From assembly GCA_043228905.1 (NCBI GenBank), contig JBHGNT010001222.1:1-10848 (forward strand): DNA of 10,848 bases, written 5' to 3'. The stretch is from Azolla caroliniana. Lineage: Eukaryota > Plantae > Polypodiophyta. Position numbers and translations under genes: made by a program. Shown piece after piece: positions 8,720 through 10,848 of this stretch. Positions within the stretch are counted from its first letter, which is position 1, and the number at the start of each line of letters is the position of its first letter. The notes below the pieces were generated by a model that was not told the origin of the DNA, made no database searches, and saw only the letters and a program-made list of their open reading frames with translations.

Positions 8720-9327
8720 ATTAGCATAGTTGGAAAACATCAATTGCTGATATGAATGATAGAATGATTCTTGTTACCCTGGTTCTTCTTGAACAACCAT
8801 ATAGATTGCAAGAGATGCATTCGTCAAAGGGCAGATAGAGCTCATTCTTAATGAACTTCGTAAACATACTCTTGATTAAATCTTGATTGTGATTGATATT
8901 AATAATGAATCTGGTCTGCGTGTTCTATAGCCACAAGCTCATACAATTGCTTATTAGCCTTAGCCCACAGGGCATATTGTTTCTGTGATTCCTGTCTCTC
9001 TTTATTGCTGAGTAATTATTATACATATAAAAACTCTAGATTTCAGGTTCCATTGAAGTAGTTCCTCATATGTAACACAAATGCTCAAATTGATCTTACT
9101 GAGATGTTATGACTTTTAAAACCTATCCTTTGAACAACATACTAGATTGCCAATATTACAAGGATTTGAAACAGCAATTAGAGTTCAATGGGATGCATCA
9201 TAATAAGTTATGTTAGTGTTTTCTATAGTCCGACATTGGAGCCAAGAGCAGTATCATACGTTTCCAAACTTTTATTTCAACTAGAACTCAAATTTCTTTA
9301 TTTGAAAAGAAGAGTTATGAGAAGAAC

Positions 9328-9424
9328 CTGTGGCATGAAAAGGAGTCCAAGACTCATTGAGAAAACGTAGTAGATCTCCCACAATAGTGGCAGACCCTTC
9401 TATCTCAATTTTCGAGGTTGATGC
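9328..9424 (-). CDS. DNPEP: Aspartyl aminopeptidase exon 2 (too short for the ORF track)
   Basis: Acceptor TTTGTAG|GCA; 97 nt, ASTSKIEIEGSATIVGDLLRFLNESWTPFHAT, the typical M18 N-terminal motif; donor CAG|GTTCTT, phase 1. Confidence 0.93.
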
Positions 9425-9775
9425 CTACAAACCATCCATTAAGCATCAAATACAAGCAAGAAAAGATGAAGAACCTCCACAAAAAACAAAACAAGGATTA
9501 ATAAAGGCCAAGCCTCACAAAACAAATAAAGAGAGGACGAAAAAACTCCAGGATAGGAAGTTGGACCAAAAACAAGTAAGAAAATATAAAGGAAAAAACT
9601 TGAAAAACAAAAGTAAGGAAAGATGAAGGGGCCCGAGTTTAGGTTGCACCAAAAGCAAAGCATGAAGTAAAAGATAAACGAAATCGCAAAACAAGGGGAC
9701 AGAAAAAATGGACCAGAAAACAAATGGGAGAGAGAAACAGTCAATTATGAAGAAACTGAAGGATGGAATACTAAC

Positions 9776-10049
9776 CTCTTCTTTTTCACCGCTATTCTCT
9801 AGTGTAGAAAATGATGCTCTAAGTCTTGGTGCATAAGTAGAGGAGCGCCATGGAGGGGAGGAGGAGGAGGAGGAGAAGAGGCATCCAGCGATGGTGGTTG
9901 AAGAGGAGAGATGGCAGAGCATACGAGATGGGTTCCTCTGTATACACCGCGAGAACCTCAGAGAGCGAAGAAGAAACCAGGAAGAAGAGGAGGAGGAGAG
10001 CCCACCTCTGAGGTACAGAAGAGAAGAAGAAGAAGAAGACTCCATAGCC

Positions 10050-10051
<2 letters not shown>
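9776..10051 (-). CDS. DNPEP: Aspartyl aminopeptidase (M18) exon 1; putative organellar (likely plastid) transit peptide
   Basis: ATG at 10051; 276 nt = 92 codons MAMESSSS...ENSGEKEE, Ser/Arg/Leu-rich with few acidic residues until the end; donor GAG|GTTAGT at 9775, phase 0, which joins exon 2 in frame. Assigned by composition and phase, not by conserved motifs. Confidence 0.75.

Positions 10052-10052
<1 letters not shown>

Positions 10053-10085
<33 letters not shown>
10053..10085. repeat. (TC)16 microsatellite; (GA)n immediately 5' of the start codon
   Basis: Perfect run; sense strand reads ...GAGAGAAATG. Confidence 0.99.
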
Positions 10086-10088
<3 letters not shown>

Positions 10089-10192
10089 GGAGAGATAGGA
10101 AAAGAGAGAGGAGCAGGGGAGGGGTATTTTCATAATTATTGATAACCCATCATTATAATTTATATGTAAAACAAAGAGTTCATAGAGTGAAC

Positions 10193-10274
10193 CATTCATT
10201 CATTCACTAACTACTCAATTCATTCATTCATTCATTAGTTCATTCATTAGTTCGTTTGTTCCTTCATTCGTTCG
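10193..10274. repeat. Degenerate (CATT)n tetranucleotide array upstream of the gene
   Basis: Repeated cattcatt units grading into ttcg variants. Confidence 0.8.
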
Positions 10275-10848
10275 TGTGTTGGAGAATGATTCAAATCGAT
10301 AACTCGTGAAATGAAATGAAAAAAGGTTCAACAACTTACGATACATAAAACGGCGTAAAAACTCTTTTTAGAAAAACAATGGAAGAAAACGAGTATGTAA
10401 AACTATTGATCTTTAGATGATGAGAAAAACACATGCATGATTAGTGACCAATGTATGTGAGGAGAGATTTGATTGTGGTGTTCCAGACGGTTATGATTTT
10501 TTGCGGTGGGATTACTTGTGTTTCACATTGTGATGATGAGGATGATCGATGATGTCGATTTATTATCATTGGATGTGTACGGGTATGTGTTTGGAGCATT
10601 GATAGATTAATTGAGCAATGGGTGGGTCATAATTTATTATTTAGTTATCAAACCAAGTGGATAGCTATTGAATGTTACGATCGGGGATGGAAAGGAGAGT
10701 GATCGGTTGGATTCATCATGGAAGTGAATAGTCAATTAGTGAATCCATGAAGCAATTAGCACACAATTCAAGGACTAGATGGAGTGGTGAGGGTGGAAGG
10801 GATAAATTATTAGTCGTGGGACTCGGCACATCATTAGTGATTGATTAG

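Noticed and set aside
9515-9775. Hydrophobic Phe-rich extension of the 178-aa ORF as a membrane protein
   Set aside because: It is read-through of U-rich intron 1; a good donor at 9775 joins conserved exon 2 in frame.
9188-10142. Plus-strand ORFs (Lys-rich 9357-9626, Glu/Arg-rich 9891-10142, 9911-10135, 9188-9370)
   Set aside because: Antisense shadows of low-complexity intron, poly-Ser codons and microsatellite; no recognisable domain.

Overview
Plant nuclear genomic DNA. The window holds exons 1-8 of a minus-strand M18-family aspartyl aminopeptidase gene (DNPEP-like; 489 codons reconstructed, all GT-AG junctions in phase, Ser/Arg-rich putative transit peptide). The C-terminal exon(s) lie left of position 1. 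The introns are expanded by transposon remains. Intron 2 holds a decayed sense-oriented Ty1/copia element (3' LTR 5215-5435, PPT, RNase H, RT, integrase C-terminus). That element is split by a nested 654-bp solo LTR with a perfect CATAG TSD and is capped by an unrelated LTR-like segment. Intron 4 holds a 618-bp hAT-type non-autonomous element (8-bp TSD) with a tRNA-like A/B box inside. A second copy of the copia LTR starts 9 nt after exon 8. I see no convincing new biological system. The most interesting signals are the TE nesting history, tandem MSA (MYB3R)-type motifs in the LTR U3, and LTRs or microsatellites abutting splice sites.
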